64,000 bases of DNA from Ignavibacteriales bacterium (GCA_035379625.1 DAOSVM010000001.1:159600-223599), one strand, 5' to 3'; shown: positions 1 through 11,416, counted from the stretch's first letter. The notes: generated by a model not told the origin, from the sequence alone. A program made the numbers and translations.

Positions 1-12
1 AAGTCCTAAATC

Positions 13-48
13 AAAAAAAGGCAAGATCGCTTAAGCTCTCTTGCCTTT
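13..48 (-). terminator. Rho-independent terminator downstream of rpsA
   Basis: Stem GGCAAGA (20-26) pairs with TCTTGCC (39-45). On the minus strand it is followed by T7 (the A-run 13-19). It lies about 45 nt past the rpsA stop. Confidence 0.7.
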
Positions 49-91
49 AATTTATGTTTTTTAACCAGTCTATTTGAAGCTTAAAACAAGA

Positions 92-1879
92 TTATTTTTG
101 TTCAGGATTAACTGGTGTTTCAGGTACTTCTGGTTCTGGTTCAAAGCTTTGTAAATCGTTAGGATCAATTGTATTAACTTCAGCTTTCAAAATATCTTCA
201 ACTTTTACTTTTTCAAGTTTATGTGCTTTGATATATTCTTCAATTTCTTCTTCAGATTTATCTTTCAATACCGCTAAAGCACTTAATACAATTCTTTTCT
301 TTTCTTTGTTAAATTCAATAACTTTTAATTCTAATTCTGTATCTACTGGGAATCCAATACTTAAATTTTTAATTTTTGATGGTGATAATTGTTTAGCAGG
401 GACGAAGCCATCAACACCTTTAGGAAGTTCAACAATTACACCTTTTTCAATTATTCTTGCAACTTTAGCTGTTATAACTGTACCAACTTGATAGTCTTTT
501 TCAAAATCATCCCATGGATTAGGGAAAATTTGTTTGTGGCCTAATGAAATCTTTCTTTGTTCAGTATCTATTGACAATACAACAACTTCAATTTGCTCAT
601 TTTTCTTAACAATTTCACCGGGGTGTCTGATTTTCTTTGTCCAAGATAGATCAGAAATGTGAATTAAACCATCAACACCTGGTTCAAGCTCTACAAATAC
701 TCCAAATGCTGTGAGATTTCTTACAACTCCGGTATGTTTTGAACCAACTGGATATTTTTCCATCAACATTTGCCATGGATCAGGTGTAAGTTGTTTAATA
801 CCTAAAGATATTTTTCTTTCTTCTTTATCTAATGTAAGAATTACAGCTTCAACCATTTGTCCCATTGTAACAAATTGAGATGGATGTTTAATATGTTGAG
901 TCCAACTCATTTCAGAAATATGGATTAAACCTTCAATACCTTTTTCAATTTCAATAAATGCACCGAAATCAGTTAATGATACAACTCTACCTTTTACTTT
1001 ATCCCCAACTTTATATTTTTCTTCAATATTTTCCCAGGGATGTGGATAAAGTTGTTTAATACCTAAAGAAATTCTCTTTCTCTCTGGATCGTAATCTGTT
1101 ACAACAACTTTAATTTTTTCATCTAATTTAACAACTTCATTAGGATGATTAATTCTTCCCCAGCTTAAATCTGTAATATGAATTAAACCATCAACACCGC
1201 CTAAATCTACGAATACACCAAAATCTGTAATGGCTTTAACTGTACCTTCGAGAACTTGACCTTTTTGTAAATTATTGAGTAAAGCTTCTCTTTGATCTTT
1301 TGTTTTTTCTTCGATAATTACTTTATGTGAAACAACAATGTTTTCTTGTAAATGGTTAACTTTTACAACTTTAAAATCCATTGTTTGCCCAACTAAAGCG
1401 TCGAAATCTCTAATTGGTTTAATATCAATTTGAGAGCCTGGTAAGAATGCTTCCATACCGTAAATATCAACAACCATACCACCTTTAACTCTACGTAATA
1501 TTTTACCAGTAATAATTTCATCTTTTTCATAAGCATCGAGAACTCTTTTCCAAATTTTGATAAAGTCTGCTCTCTTTTTGCTTAAAATAATGTTGCCATC
1601 ACCATCATCTTCAACTTCAATAACAACATCAATTACATTACCAACTTTAATTTCTTCACCAGCATTGAATTCTGATTTAGAAATCATACCTTCTGCTTTA
1701 AAGCCAATGTCAACTGCAACATTATCATCGGTAACTCTTACAATTGTACCTTTGATAATATCACCAACTTTAACATTCTTAAATGATGAATCATACATAC
1801 TTGCTAATTGTTGCAACTCTTCATTTGTATATTCATCAGCATTCAGGAATTTTACAGGCTTTGTTTTAACATCACTCAT
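92..1879 (-). CDS. rpsA: 30S ribosomal protein S1 (six S1 RNA-binding domains)
   Basis: 595 aa. Repeated S1-domain pattern (G..v.G.V..i...G.fVdlg.g..GLiHiSe.sw) occurs six times; length and order are typical of bacterial RpsA. Confidence 0.95.
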   Translation of the reverse strand: MSDVKTKPVKFLNADEYTNEELQQLASMYDSSFKNVKVGDIIKGTIVRVTDDNVAVDIGFKAEGMISKSEFNAGEEIKVGNVIDVVIEVEDDGDGNIILSKKRADFIKIWKRVLDAYEKDEIITGKILRRVKGGMVVDIYGMEAFLPGSQIDIKPIRDFDALVGQTMDFKVVKVNHLQENIVVSHKVIIEEKTKDQREALLNNLQKGQVLEGTVKAITDFGVFVDLGGVDGLIHITDLSWGRINHPNEVVKLDEKIKVVVTDYDPERKRISLGIKQLYPHPWENIEEKYKVGDKVKGRVVSLTDFGAFIEIEKGIEGLIHISEMSWTQHIKHPSQFVTMGQMVEAVILTLDKEERKISLGIKQLTPDPWQMLMEKYPVGSKHTGVVRNLTAFGVFVELEPGVDGLIHISDLSWTKKIRHPGEIVKKNEQIEVVVLSIDTEQRKISLGHKQIFPNPWDDFEKDYQVGTVITAKVARIIEKGVIVELPKGVDGFVPAKQLSPSKIKNLSIGFPVDTELELKVIEFNKEKKRIVLSALAVLKDKSEEEIEEYIKAHKLEKVKVEDILKAEVNTIDPNDLQSFEPEPEVPETPVNPEQK

Positions 1880-1967
1880 TATATTCCTCCGAGCTGTTAT
1901 ATTTTCTACATTATTATAAAAACTATCGGGTAAAAAATAATAATGTAGGTTTGTTTGTTAATTGTTA

Positions 1968-2882
1968 TTAACTAACTACCCCGACGTTTTTCAAATTTTG
2001 TTCTAATTTATTTTTTACTTCTTCCATTAACCACATTGGGGTTGAAGTAGCCCCTGTGATTCCAATATTTTCTACATTTTTCAAATTTTTGTACAACGAG
2101 TCAAAATTTATATCTTCAAATCTTTCAATGAAATAAGAATTGTTATTAGCATTTTTAACTAAATCAAATAATACTTTGCCGTTACTGCTCTTTTTCCCAG
2201 CAACAAAGAAAATTAAATCATTGCTTTGCGCAAATTCAATAATTTTCTTATCCCTACCACTTACTTGGCCACAAATTGTATCTTTTGCTAAAAACTCTTT
2301 AGCTACATTTTCAGAACTATCAACTATCAAATTTTTTATTTTTTCTTTTAGATAATTTACTATTTTATAAAAACCATCTTTATCCATTGTTGTCTGAGAA
2401 AAAAGCACTGTATTCTTATCAAAATTAACTTTTTCTTCAGCTTCTTCAATACTTTTTATTACTATTGAAGTATAATTTGTAACACCATTTAATCCAATTG
2501 TCTCAGGATGATCTTTCTTTCCAAAAATTACAATTTGATAACCATTATCATAAAACTTTTTAATTCTTTCTTGGACTTTTGTTACAACGGGACAAGTAGC
2601 ATCAACAAGTACTAATTTCAAATGTTCAATTTTTTTATAAACTTCTGGAGGCTCACCATGAGCTCTTATTAAAACTACACTCCCTTTTGGCAAATTATCC
2701 AAATCAGAATGAGTTATTGTAATAAGCCCAAGATTTGCTAATCTCTCAATTTCAATCGGATTATGGATTATATCACCTAAGCAATAAACTTTACCATGTT
2801 TTTGTAATTGTTCCTCAGCTATATCAACTGTTCTTACAACTCCCCAACAAAATCCAGAACTTTTATCAATACTTATTTTCAT
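1968..2882 (-). CDS. ispH: 4-hydroxy-3-methylbut-2-enyl diphosphate reductase
   Basis: 304 aa. N-terminal 'GFCWGVVRTV', 'RAHGEPP' and 'DATCPVV' motifs carry the three IspH/LytB cluster cysteines. The cmk-ispH-rpsA neighbourhood is common. Confidence 0.9.
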   Translation of the reverse strand: MKISIDKSSGFCWGVVRTVDIAEEQLQKHGKVYCLGDIIHNPIEIERLANLGLITITHSDLDNLPKGSVVLIRAHGEPPEVYKKIEHLKLVLVDATCPVVTKVQERIKKFYDNGYQIVIFGKKDHPETIGLNGVTNYTSIVIKSIEEAEEKVNFDKNTVLFSQTTMDKDGFYKIVNYLKEKIKNLIVDSSENVAKEFLAKDTICGQVSGRDKKIIEFAQSNDLIFFVAGKKSSNGKVLFDLVKNANNNSYFIERFEDINFDSLYKNLKNVENIGITGATSTPMWLMEEVKNKLEQNLKNVGVVS

Positions 2883-3561
2883 TGTTAGCCCTTTCTAACT
2901 TTTCCCTAATTATATTTAATATTTGGCTAACCTGTTGTTCGATAGTAATATTACTCGTATCAACCTCAATAGCATCCACTGCTTTTTTTAGCGGTGCTAT
3001 TTCTCGGTTGCTATCAATAAGATCTCTGTTTATAAGATTGTTTTTAACCTCTTCAAAATTTGCTTTATGCCCAGCTACTTGCAATTCTTTTAATCTTCTT
3101 TCTGCTCTTTTATCAATATCTGCTATTAAATAAATTTTTACATCAGCATCAGGAAAAACTACTGTTCCTGTATCACGACCATCAAGAATTACGCTACTAT
3201 TTTGGGCAATTGATCTTTGTTTTTCTAATAGAAAATTTCGAACTTCAGGTATAGCACTTATTGGACTAACAAGATTACTAACTTTTAAAGTTCTAATTTC
3301 TTCTGTTATATCTTTTCCATTAAGATGAACTATTGTTTTTCTATCTCTATATTGAATATCGATATTAATTTTATCAAGATTTTCAATAAGTTTTTGAAAA
3401 TTATTTTCATAGCCTTCTTCAATAGCATAATATGCTACTGCTCGATACATAGCCCCAGTATCAAGATAAGTAATATTTAATTCGTTAGCAATTCTTTTTG
3501 CTGTTGTACTTTTTCCTGAACCAGATGGTCCATCAATAGTTATAATAAATTTATTCCCCAT
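2866..3561 (-). CDS. cmk: (d)CMP kinase
   Basis: 231 aa. P-loop 'IDGPSGSGKST', then 'LDTGAMYRA' and 'DGRDTGTVVFPDA', typical of cytidylate kinase. Overlaps ispH by 17 nt. Confidence 0.9.
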   Translation of the reverse strand: MGNKFIITIDGPSGSGKSTTAKRIANELNITYLDTGAMYRAVAYYAIEEGYENNFQKLIENLDKINIDIQYRDRKTIVHLNGKDITEEIRTLKVSNLVSPISAIPEVRNFLLEKQRSIAQNSSVILDGRDTGTVVFPDADVKIYLIADIDKRAERRLKELQVAGHKANFEEVKNNLINRDLIDSNREIAPLKKAVDAIEVDTSNITIEQQVSQILNIIREKLERANNENKY

Positions 3562-3601
3562 AGCTTACAAAATTAATATATTTTTATTTAAAACCCAAAT
3601 T

Positions 3602-6600
3602 TTATTTTATCTTAGCAATTTTCCCGATTTTAGTAATTGTTTTATTTTTGCTCTTTACTTTAAATTTGTAAAAATATACTCCATTAGCGATATTATTATT
3701 GTCTTCGTCATTACCATCCCAATAAATATAATTGTAATCGTATAATAATTCTGCCCTACTTCTTCTAATTTCTTTTATCTTCCTCCCTGCAACTGTGTAT
3801 ATCGAAATCTCAACTTCATCTGGTATTTGTGATAAAACGAACGTAAAATATGTTCCTCTCTCAAATGGATTGGGGTAATTGTAAACAACTTGCAATTCAA
3901 GATCACTTTTAACTTTAAATTTTTTGATAATTGGATCTGAAAAGTTACCATTATAATCTTTCCCTATAACCTTTAATTCGTATTCGTCATCCTTAAGCTT
4001 AGGCATATAATTTACTCTTATTAAAGGATTTTGTGAATTAAATTCAATTGTAATTTCATTATTATTATAATAATTCACTTTTTTATCATTTACAAATATC
4101 ATAATATTGGATGTATCATTAACAGGAATATTGGTATCATCTGTTAATTCAATTTTTATTAAAGGATTTGAACTAATATAATTTTTATTATCTAATGTTT
4201 TCATTAATTTGCCATCATTAAAAATACTTAACGATAAATTAGGATTATTATCTATTGTAATATTTACAATAGGTTTTCCAGTATCCTTTTGTACATAGAA
4301 ATATTTACTAATTTGATTATTTGTTTTATAATATTCATCTATTTTATTCAAACTATCGATAAAAAGATATACTGTATTATTATTTTGTAAAAATTTCGTA
4401 TCAATACTTAAATTGTTTTTATATACTGAATTTTTTAACAATTTTACATGTTCTTCCCTCAATTTAGTGTAACTATTATCTAATTTTTTCAAATAAACTT
4501 TAATATTTAAACTATCAGCATCTTTATCGCTTATATTCCATACACTATAATTAACATTCAACCCTTTGCCCTGATAAATAGTGTCTTTCTCTAATTGTAT
4601 TGATTTATCATTTACAAGTAATTCTGCTAATTTATTTTTTATTACTTTTATTTTTTTTAGTATTGGGACAAAATTATCATTTATATCATTATTAAAGTAA
4701 CCAATTAAAACAATCTTCGGATAATTCTTTAAAATTTTGTAATCAATTATAGCTCGTTTCCAATTATTAACAATATTAATAAATGGTAATGCGTTTGATA
4801 AAGTATCTTCTGTATTATCTTTTTTTATACCAATAAGTTTATAACTTATTGTATTATTTTGTTGTAAAGTATCATTTACCAATATTTGCTCAATCCCATC
4901 ATAATTATCAATGTCAATTATTACCTTCCCGTCATTTTTAACAATTAAGAAAGTGGTATCGCATTTTGCAGTACCATTATATTGTATTTTAAATGTCTCT
5001 GGAACACTTCCAACTTTAGCTCCTCTATATCCTAATATTCCCCAAGAAGCTCTGAAACTAATGCTATCTGCATATTTACTGCCAAACAACTTTAATTTGT
5101 CTCTAATTGATTGACTTAAATTAGTTGAACCTTCATCTTTAATCACAATTGCTATGTAAAATTTATCGGATAATGTATCCAACATATTATCATAAGCAAC
5201 TACATCTGAAGAATTAAATAAATCATATCTTCTGCCCCATATAGGTTTTAATGTATTTCTATCAAATAAATAAATATGATGACCTCGAACTGAGTTCTCC
5301 GGTATAAGCTGTTGTCCATTTAATAATATAAATGCTGTATTCCCATCATTATAGCCGCCTGATATTAATTCTATTTTATATTTTGCGGTATCCAATACCA
5401 GTCCGCTCGAAATATACTTTAAATTATAACTCTTAGTATTCTGGGAAAAAGATAGTGAATCACCAAATAATAATCCATAATCTGAATATATAAAGCTTCC
5501 TTGTGTCATTATTTCATTATTTTGATTAACTATTTTATACCAAACTCTACTATCATTTTCAACGTTGTCAAAAGAAATCGTTGTATAATTTGAGTCAGGA
5601 TTTAATAAAATTTTATAAGAATTTGCAAAATCTTGTTTTAAAGAGTACTCAAAAAAAGTTTTATTATTTATTTTATTTTGTGGATTTAAAACTTTTAATT
5701 CTTTTACTGATATATTTTCGGATTTAATTGCTGGAACGGTATAATAACTGCTATTTTTTACAATAAAAGTATATTCAAATTTATTATCATTGTAATCATA
5801 TTCATCAATTTTATTATCATAGTTTAATTCTATTATTATTTTGTTCATTCCCGATTTTGATTTTGTATACACAGGGAACTGAATACTATCACTATTCTTA
5901 GGTATATTCCTCAATATCTCTCTTGTTATAGTTTCATTATTATAGATATGAGTTATTTTAATATTAAAAGTGTCATTTATTGGATTACCATAGTTAAAAT
6001 ATTTTACTTTAACCAAAATACTATCATCAATATCACTTACATTCTCTTTTGAAAACTTCCATGATTGCTTATCAATTGCTAAATTTACTTTATTGGGTAA
6101 CTTTACATAAATTATCGGATCCCCAAATAATATATTGGTATATTTATAAAGTAAATAACTTCCACTATTTGAATATGTTTTACAAATATCATTCTTTATT
6201 AAATTATGAAGTTCTCCAATCGTAATATTTTGTTTTTCAATAGCCTTTTGATAAAATATATATGGAACTGTATAAGCTGTTGATGTATAACCTAGTGAAC
6301 TATTCCCTAAATAATTGATTGCCTTGGAATTATTTCTCACAGTAGCGTATTCTGAAAAAGCAACAATATCTGGTTCAGCAAATTTACCTGTAGAACAACC
6401 AAAATCTAGTATTATTGGATAAAGATTATATTTGCTATTTAGTTGTAAAATGTCATAAATTCCGTTATCCCAAGTTGATACTGCACTATGCCCTAAATAA
6501 GAAATAAATAATGCACTATTATTAATTATTTCTTCAAAATAATTCTGTGTTACATTTAATCCAAAATTTGTAACAGGATTAACAGTTTTATAAAAATGCT

Positions 6601-8755
6601 CATAAAACCCACCATAAGGTTTTATAAAATTATTTATTATCCCATCATTTATGTTTTTTATCTCTAAATATTGATTATTGGTTGTGTTACCACCTGAAAA
6701 AAATATAAATGATTTATTCCATCTATCAATTTTTTTATCGTTATAATTTTTATGCCTTTGAAAATAATTTTCAAATTCTTCAGTGGAATTTATTGGTAGA
6801 CGCCCAACTGCCATTTGTGGAATATTAGCACCAGTAGTATCCCAAATAACAAACCAAGTATCTGAAACCGGTGCTCCGTAGGACGGGACCCAGTTATTCT
6901 GTTTAGGAGCATCTCCATATTTAGCTCGATTATTATAATAATCATAAGTTGCATCACCAACAAGGAAGAGATATCTAGGCTTAGGCTCATCACTCATTTC
7001 ATAATAATCTTTTAAGAATAATTTTATAGGCTCTGGTGCGAAATAACCGAAATTGTAATTATCATATATATCATTAACATCAACTACTGCTGCATTCAAA
7101 TTGTAATAATTCTTTAGGTAATCGCAATATTTGTGAGCTACTTTTATAAATTTGCTGTGTGTTATTAAAATATAATCTGTTGTAGAATGCTTAATTAAAT
7201 TATTTTCAAATATTTTTTGGTATAAAAATTTTGGATTTTTAATTTTATTTACATTATATAAATAATATTGGCTATTTTGTTTAATAGTATCAATAAATAT
7301 TAGAGTGTCTCCATTTTTTGTAAAAATATCAATAAAATAAATTTTTTGATATTCCTTTTCTTTTTTCAATAAAATAACTTCGTTGGTATTAACATTTAAA
7401 ATTTTAATTTTATATGGTTTATTAAATTCGATATTATTTCTAAAATCAAAAATTAAACTATCATTAAATATTAGTTTTTTGGGGTATTCTATTTCAAACC
7501 AATCATGAAAAATTCCTGTTCCGTTTAATACATCAAGAGAAAAAGAATTGTCACCTTCTTTTAATAAATCTGAGTTAAAAGATGTACTAACAACTTTATG
7601 CTTATATCTATCAAAATATTCAGTAATAAGATAATTAGAACCATTAACTCTTACTCCTACTTGATGAGCATTTGTTATCGTACTTGCGGATCTACTTAAG
7701 ACTTTCCAATAAAATTTTGCTACTTTATTTGGTACAATATTATTTAATTTTAATGTAGGACTATCACCCCAACCTTTAGTCCATGTTTTATTTTCTATCC
7801 AATCTGGGAATTCTCTTCTTATTTGTGCATCAGTAGGAAAATCAAAGTATACATTAGCTTCATCGTGAATTAAACAATCGTAATAGTTAATTTCATCTTG
7901 ATAGGTTTGTATACTGTAATTATTTGTTATTCGTAAAGAATTATTATTATCATAAGTTAACCAATAATAGCTGCTGTCCGTATACCTATCAAGATATTCA
8001 TTATATGGTTTTCCATATTCTGCAACTTTTCTATAATCACCATTTGAATAGTTTTTATTCCCAATAAAAATAAAATATTCGTCAGAAGTAAAAATATCAT
8101 CATTATTCCCATGAAAATATAAAGGATACTCACTTCCTTTATAAAATAATTTAATATTCTTTGGAGATACATTATTTACTGGGAAATTAATACTTTTCAA
8201 AAATTCAAAATCAATTTTATATAAACCATCCTGATTTAAACTTAACTTATAATATATCTGATTACTATTAAACCAATTTTTAATCTCTTTAATTTCTTTA
8301 ACTTTTTTATTTATATAATTGTCTTGTTTTATAAATATAAAATTTTCTTCACTGTAAACTTTTAAGTTGCCAGAATTATGAGCATAATTAATTACAATAC
8401 TTTTTAAATAATGTAATTCATTGTTAATAATTTTTAAATAAGGGAATCGTAAATGTTTAAATTTCCTACCTTTGAATTTAAAATATCCTTTAAAAATTTT
8501 TTCTTCTTCAGTAATATTATTTATGTTTAATTCATATTTGTATCTTTCATAATCTAATTTTGAAATTAAGATTCTATTTTCATCAATATCTGATATATCA
8601 AGGAAAATATCTTTATAAAAATTCATATTATCTTCAACTTTTATTAAATCTATATTAATTTTAATATTTAAATTATTATTAGTATATTGACATACCAAGA
8701 AATTATTAGCTTGTATAAATATATTTAATAAACAAAATATAATTATAGTTCTCAA
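3602..8755 (-). CDS. Very large secreted peptidase C25 (gingipain/PorU-like) family protein with T9SS C-terminal sorting domain
   Basis: 1717 aa with an N-terminal signal peptide. The central block has 'YLFLVGDATYDYY', 'ISYLGHSAVSTW' (candidate catalytic His) and 'ILDFGCSTGKF' (candidate catalytic Cys), as in clan CD C25 peptidases. The last ~90 aa, 'YNYPNPFERGTYFTF...NGVYFYKFKV', form a T9SS/FlgD-Ig-like CTD. Confidence 0.6.
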   Translation of the reverse strand: MRTIIIFCLLNIFIQANNFLVCQYTNNNLNIKINIDLIKVEDNMNFYKDIFLDISDIDENRILISKLDYERYKYELNINNITEEEKIFKGYFKFKGRKFKHLRFPYLKIINNELHYLKSIVINYAHNSGNLKVYSEENFIFIKQDNYINKKVKEIKEIKNWFNSNQIYYKLSLNQDGLYKIDFEFLKSINFPVNNVSPKNIKLFYKGSEYPLYFHGNNDDIFTSDEYFIFIGNKNYSNGDYRKVAEYGKPYNEYLDRYTDSSYYWLTYDNNNSLRITNNYSIQTYQDEINYYDCLIHDEANVYFDFPTDAQIRREFPDWIENKTWTKGWGDSPTLKLNNIVPNKVAKFYWKVLSRSASTITNAHQVGVRVNGSNYLITEYFDRYKHKVVSTSFNSDLLKEGDNSFSLDVLNGTGIFHDWFEIEYPKKLIFNDSLIFDFRNNIEFNKPYKIKILNVNTNEVILLKKEKEYQKIYFIDIFTKNGDTLIFIDTIKQNSQYYLYNVNKIKNPKFLYQKIFENNLIKHSTTDYILITHSKFIKVAHKYCDYLKNYYNLNAAVVDVNDIYDNYNFGYFAPEPIKLFLKDYYEMSDEPKPRYLFLVGDATYDYYNNRAKYGDAPKQNNWVPSYGAPVSDTWFVIWDTTGANIPQMAVGRLPINSTEEFENYFQRHKNYNDKKIDRWNKSFIFFSGGNTTNNQYLEIKNINDGIINNFIKPYGGFYEHFYKTVNPVTNFGLNVTQNYFEEIINNSALFISYLGHSAVSTWDNGIYDILQLNSKYNLYPIILDFGCSTGKFAEPDIVAFSEYATVRNNSKAINYLGNSSLGYTSTAYTVPYIFYQKAIEKQNITIGELHNLIKNDICKTYSNSGSYLLYKYTNILFGDPIIYVKLPNKVNLAIDKQSWKFSKENVSDIDDSILVKVKYFNYGNPINDTFNIKITHIYNNETITREILRNIPKNSDSIQFPVYTKSKSGMNKIIIELNYDNKIDEYDYNDNKFEYTFIVKNSSYYTVPAIKSENISVKELKVLNPQNKINNKTFFEYSLKQDFANSYKILLNPDSNYTTISFDNVENDSRVWYKIVNQNNEIMTQGSFIYSDYGLLFGDSLSFSQNTKSYNLKYISSGLVLDTAKYKIELISGGYNDGNTAFILLNGQQLIPENSVRGHHIYLFDRNTLKPIWGRRYDLFNSSDVVAYDNMLDTLSDKFYIAIVIKDEGSTNLSQSIRDKLKLFGSKYADSISFRASWGILGYRGAKVGSVPETFKIQYNGTAKCDTTFLIVKNDGKVIIDIDNYDGIEQILVNDTLQQNNTISYKLIGIKKDNTEDTLSNALPFINIVNNWKRAIIDYKILKNYPKIVLIGYFNNDINDNFVPILKKIKVIKNKLAELLVNDKSIQLEKDTIYQGKGLNVNYSVWNISDKDADSLNIKVYLKKLDNSYTKLREEHVKLLKNSVYKNNLSIDTKFLQNNNTVYLFIDSLNKIDEYYKTNNQISKYFYVQKDTGKPIVNITIDNNPNLSLSIFNDGKLMKTLDNKNYISSNPLIKIELTDDTNIPVNDTSNIMIFVNDKKVNYYNNNEITIEFNSQNPLIRVNYMPKLKDDEYELKVIGKDYNGNFSDPIIKKFKVKSDLELQVVYNYPNPFERGTYFTFVLSQIPDEVEISIYTVAGRKIKEIRRSRAELLYDYNYIYWDGNDEDNNNIANGVYFYKFKVKSKNKTITKIGKIAKIK

Positions 8756-8772
8756 CTTAACTCCAAATTTTT

Positions 8773-9498
8773 ATGTTAAAAATTTTTGATACTTTCGTTA
8801 ATATTTTCAGCTATGATGAATTAAATATTAAAATACTTGAATCTGTAAAAAAGCGTAAAAAAGCAACTTTTTTTTATTTGAATACCTTTTCTTTATATCT
8901 AATTTTTAAAAGTCAGAATTATGCAACAGCATTTAATCAAGCTGATTATATAGTCCCCGATGGTATTAGTATAGTATATGCCGCTAGACTTCTAAACAAT
9001 ATTAAAATCAAAAAATTAAGAATTAATTTAAATTATTTTTTGTATTTAGAAAATATTATCATAAAGAATAATCTAACGATTTATTTATTAGGCTCACATA
9101 AAAATATTTTAGATAAAGCTGTCCACAAACTTAAAGAAAGAGGCATCAAAGTTGTTGGTTATAATGATGGTTATAATTTAAATAACTCTTTAATAGACAA
9201 TATTAATCAATTACAGCCTGATATTTTTTTTATTGGTATGGGAATGCCTAAACAAGAGTTATGGGTTATAGAAAACTCAAAAAAAATAAATACTGGAGCT
9301 TTCATTACTGTAGGTAATCTATTTGATATTATATCTGGAAATTTTAAAATTGCACCTAAATGGCTTACTAATACACCTTTCGAATGGGTTTATAGAATTT
9401 TCCAAGAACCTAAGAAACTCATCCCAAGATATATAAAATGTAACAGTTTCTATTTATACCTACTTGTTAAATATTATTTTAACAAAAGAGTTAAATAA
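8773..9498 (+). CDS. WecB/TagA/CpsF family (GT26) glycosyltransferase
   Basis: 241 aa. 'PDGISIVYAARLL', 'IYLLGS', 'FIGMGMPKQELW', 'GAFITVG..FD' and 'AP.W......EW.YR...EP.....RY' match the family pattern. Confidence 0.8.
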   Translation: MLKIFDTFVNIFSYDELNIKILESVKKRKKATFFYLNTFSLYLIFKSQNYATAFNQADYIVPDGISIVYAARLLNNIKIKKLRINLNYFLYLENIIIKNNLTIYLLGSHKNILDKAVHKLKERGIKVVGYNDGYNLNNSLIDNINQLQPDIFFIGMGMPKQELWVIENSKKINTGAFITVGNLFDIISGNFKIAPKWLTNTPFEWVYRIFQEPKKLIPRYIKCNSFYLYLLVKYYFNKRVK

Positions 9499-10526
9499 AT
9501 TTCTCTTAAAATTTTAATATATTTCTCTAATGAATGATTAATTGTTATATATTGGTTTAATTTACTCCCCAGTTCACTCATTAACTCATTATTACTTATT
9601 AAATTTAATAATTTTACTACTAAATCATCTGAATTATTAAAAAATATCGCTGTTTTACCATCAGCCAAGTAATTCTTGAACGCTCCATTCACATTTACTA
9701 TAACAGGTTTTGAAAATAGCCCAGCTTCAATGACAGTTAAACCAAATGGCTCTATAGGCGAAGGCGAAATAAGTACATCTATTATATTATAATAATCCCC
9801 TATATGCTGGATACTATCAATTATTTTTATATTTTCCTTAAAACTTAATGTTTCGTTGAGTAATCTTATCCTATCTATTCCATTTCCTATGAAAAGAAAA
9901 ATAATATTTTTATTTAACTCTAAAATTTTTGGGATTGCTTTAGTAATGATGTTTAAGTATTTTACAGAGTAATCAAATCTACCAATGTATCCAACTATAG
10001 TTTTATTTTCTTCAATTAATAACTTTTTTTTAAGTTCTACTGGATCAATCGTAATTTCTTTAACTATATTATCAACAGGATTGTATAAAGTTATTATTTT
10101 TTCTTCTTTAATTTTATAATTTTTAATTAGCATTCTTTTTATTTCATCACTTACTGCTATTAACATATTAGCTTTATAACTTAGCAACTTTTTATCATAA
10201 CTATGATAATGAACTGTAGTTACCGTTTTTACATTTTTTAATAATTTATTTAACAAATATGCTAACAAATCATAATATCTATGGTGTGAATGAATTATAT
10301 CTATTTGATTTTTAATACAAAATGTTAATAACTCAAACAATTTAGTTAAAAAATATTTACCTTTGAAGAAATAGACATTATTGTATTGTTTAAAGTAATT
10401 TGCGTTATCCCCATTTTCAAAATAAAAAAATAATTCAATATCTGTTTCAGTTTCTAATAAACATTTTAATACTCTTGAGACACCACAAGCCACATTTGCT
10501 TTAGTCCAAAGATGCAAAACTCTCAT
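9474..10526 (-). CDS. Glycosyltransferase family 4 (GT-B, Glycos_transf_1)
   Basis: 350 aa. C-terminal 'SPSPIEPFGLTVIEAGLFSKPVIV' (E-x7-E type motif) and an N-terminal GT4-like fold pattern. Confidence 0.8.
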   Translation of the reverse strand: MRVLHLWTKANVACGVSRVLKCLLETETDIELFFYFENGDNANYFKQYNNVYFFKGKYFLTKLFELLTFCIKNQIDIIHSHHRYYDLLAYLLNKLLKNVKTVTTVHYHSYDKKLLSYKANMLIAVSDEIKRMLIKNYKIKEEKIITLYNPVDNIVKEITIDPVELKKKLLIEENKTIVGYIGRFDYSVKYLNIITKAIPKILELNKNIIFLFIGNGIDRIRLLNETLSFKENIKIIDSIQHIGDYYNIIDVLISPSPIEPFGLTVIEAGLFSKPVIVNVNGAFKNYLADGKTAIFFNNSDDLVVKLLNLISNNELMSELGSKLNQYITINHSLEKYIKILREIYLTLLLK

Positions 10527-11416
10527 TCTATTATCCTTATAGGATATTCTTTTTTCATAAAATCATAAAAAGAATAAAATAACCGCTTTATTCTTTTAAA
10601 TTGCAATCTGAAAATTAATTTGAAAATTTTTAAAAAGAAATGAACGAATGGTTTTATTTTTATTATCTTATTTTCTCCATAAAATTTATATAAGTAATAC
10701 ATATTCCTATTAAGGAAATATTCTTTCCAATCATCAATTTTATTCTTATACTCCAGTTTTCTGAATATAACTGAATTTTTAATCAAATAGATTTTATAAC
10801 CAGCTTTCCTGATTCTTAAAGCATACTCGGTGTCATCACAAAAAATGAAAAAATTAGGATTTGGCAAACCTACTTTTACGACAATTGTTTTTGGAATTAA
10901 AACTCCTTCAAAAGTAAAATCAGCTATTTCTAACTTATTGGGGATTTTATCCAAATTTTTAAATATATTTCTTATTTCATATTTTCTTGGATTATTTCGC
11001 AATATTGATTTTAAATCAAATTCCAGACAAGATATTTCAACAATTTCATTTTTTAAATTAATTCTTATTGGTTGAATTACTTCATTATTGTGATAAATTT
11101 TAATCAATTCTTCTAGAGCAGTATTTTGTGGCACTACATCATCGTCAAAAAGCCAAAATAATTCAACATCTAACTCTAAAGCTATCTCTAAACCTTTTTT
11201 AAATCCTTTAGAACAACCTTCATTTTTATTATTTTTATGATAAATTATTTTATCTTTATTTATTTTATAATCATTTATAATTTCAGAATTTGCATTATCA
11301 ATTACAATAATTTTTTCAACTGGATAACTTTGTAATAATAAATTTTCTATTAAATCTTTGAGATATTCATCTCTGTTATAAGTGACAATTATTGCTGCTA
11401 CTTTGTATTGCTTCAT
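10523..11416 (-). CDS. Glycosyltransferase family 2
   Basis: 297 aa. 'VAAIIVTYNRDEYLKDLIENLLLQSY...IIVIDNAN' and 'LFDDDV' (DxD) are typical of GT2/rhamnosyltransferase-like enzymes. Confidence 0.85.
   Translation of the reverse strand: MKQYKVAAIIVTYNRDEYLKDLIENLLLQSYPVEKIIVIDNANSEIINDYKINKDKIIYHKNNKNEGCSKGFKKGLEIALELDVELFWLFDDDVVPQNTALEELIKIYHNNEVIQPIRINLKNEIVEISCLEFDLKSILRNNPRKYEIRNIFKNLDKIPNKLEIADFTFEGVLIPKTIVVKVGLPNPNFFIFCDDTEYALRIRKAGYKIYLIKNSVIFRKLEYKNKIDDWKEYFLNRNMYYLYKFYGENKIIKIKPFVHFFLKIFKLIFRLQFKRIKRLFYSFYDFMKKEYPIRIIE

Noticed and set aside
228-1919. Antisense and alternative-frame ORFs of 60-145 aa lie inside longer genes: 228-491, 1557-1919, 2140-2355, 2735-3133, 4911-5114, 6790-6993, 7957-8172, 29022-29497, 29687-30055, 30475-30756, 32427-32864, 54337-54704 and others.
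   Set aside because: All lie within well-supported longer CDS in another frame or on the other strand. Their products have low-complexity or hydrophobic composition with no motifs. They are the expected by-product of stop-poor frames opposite well-supported coding sequence.
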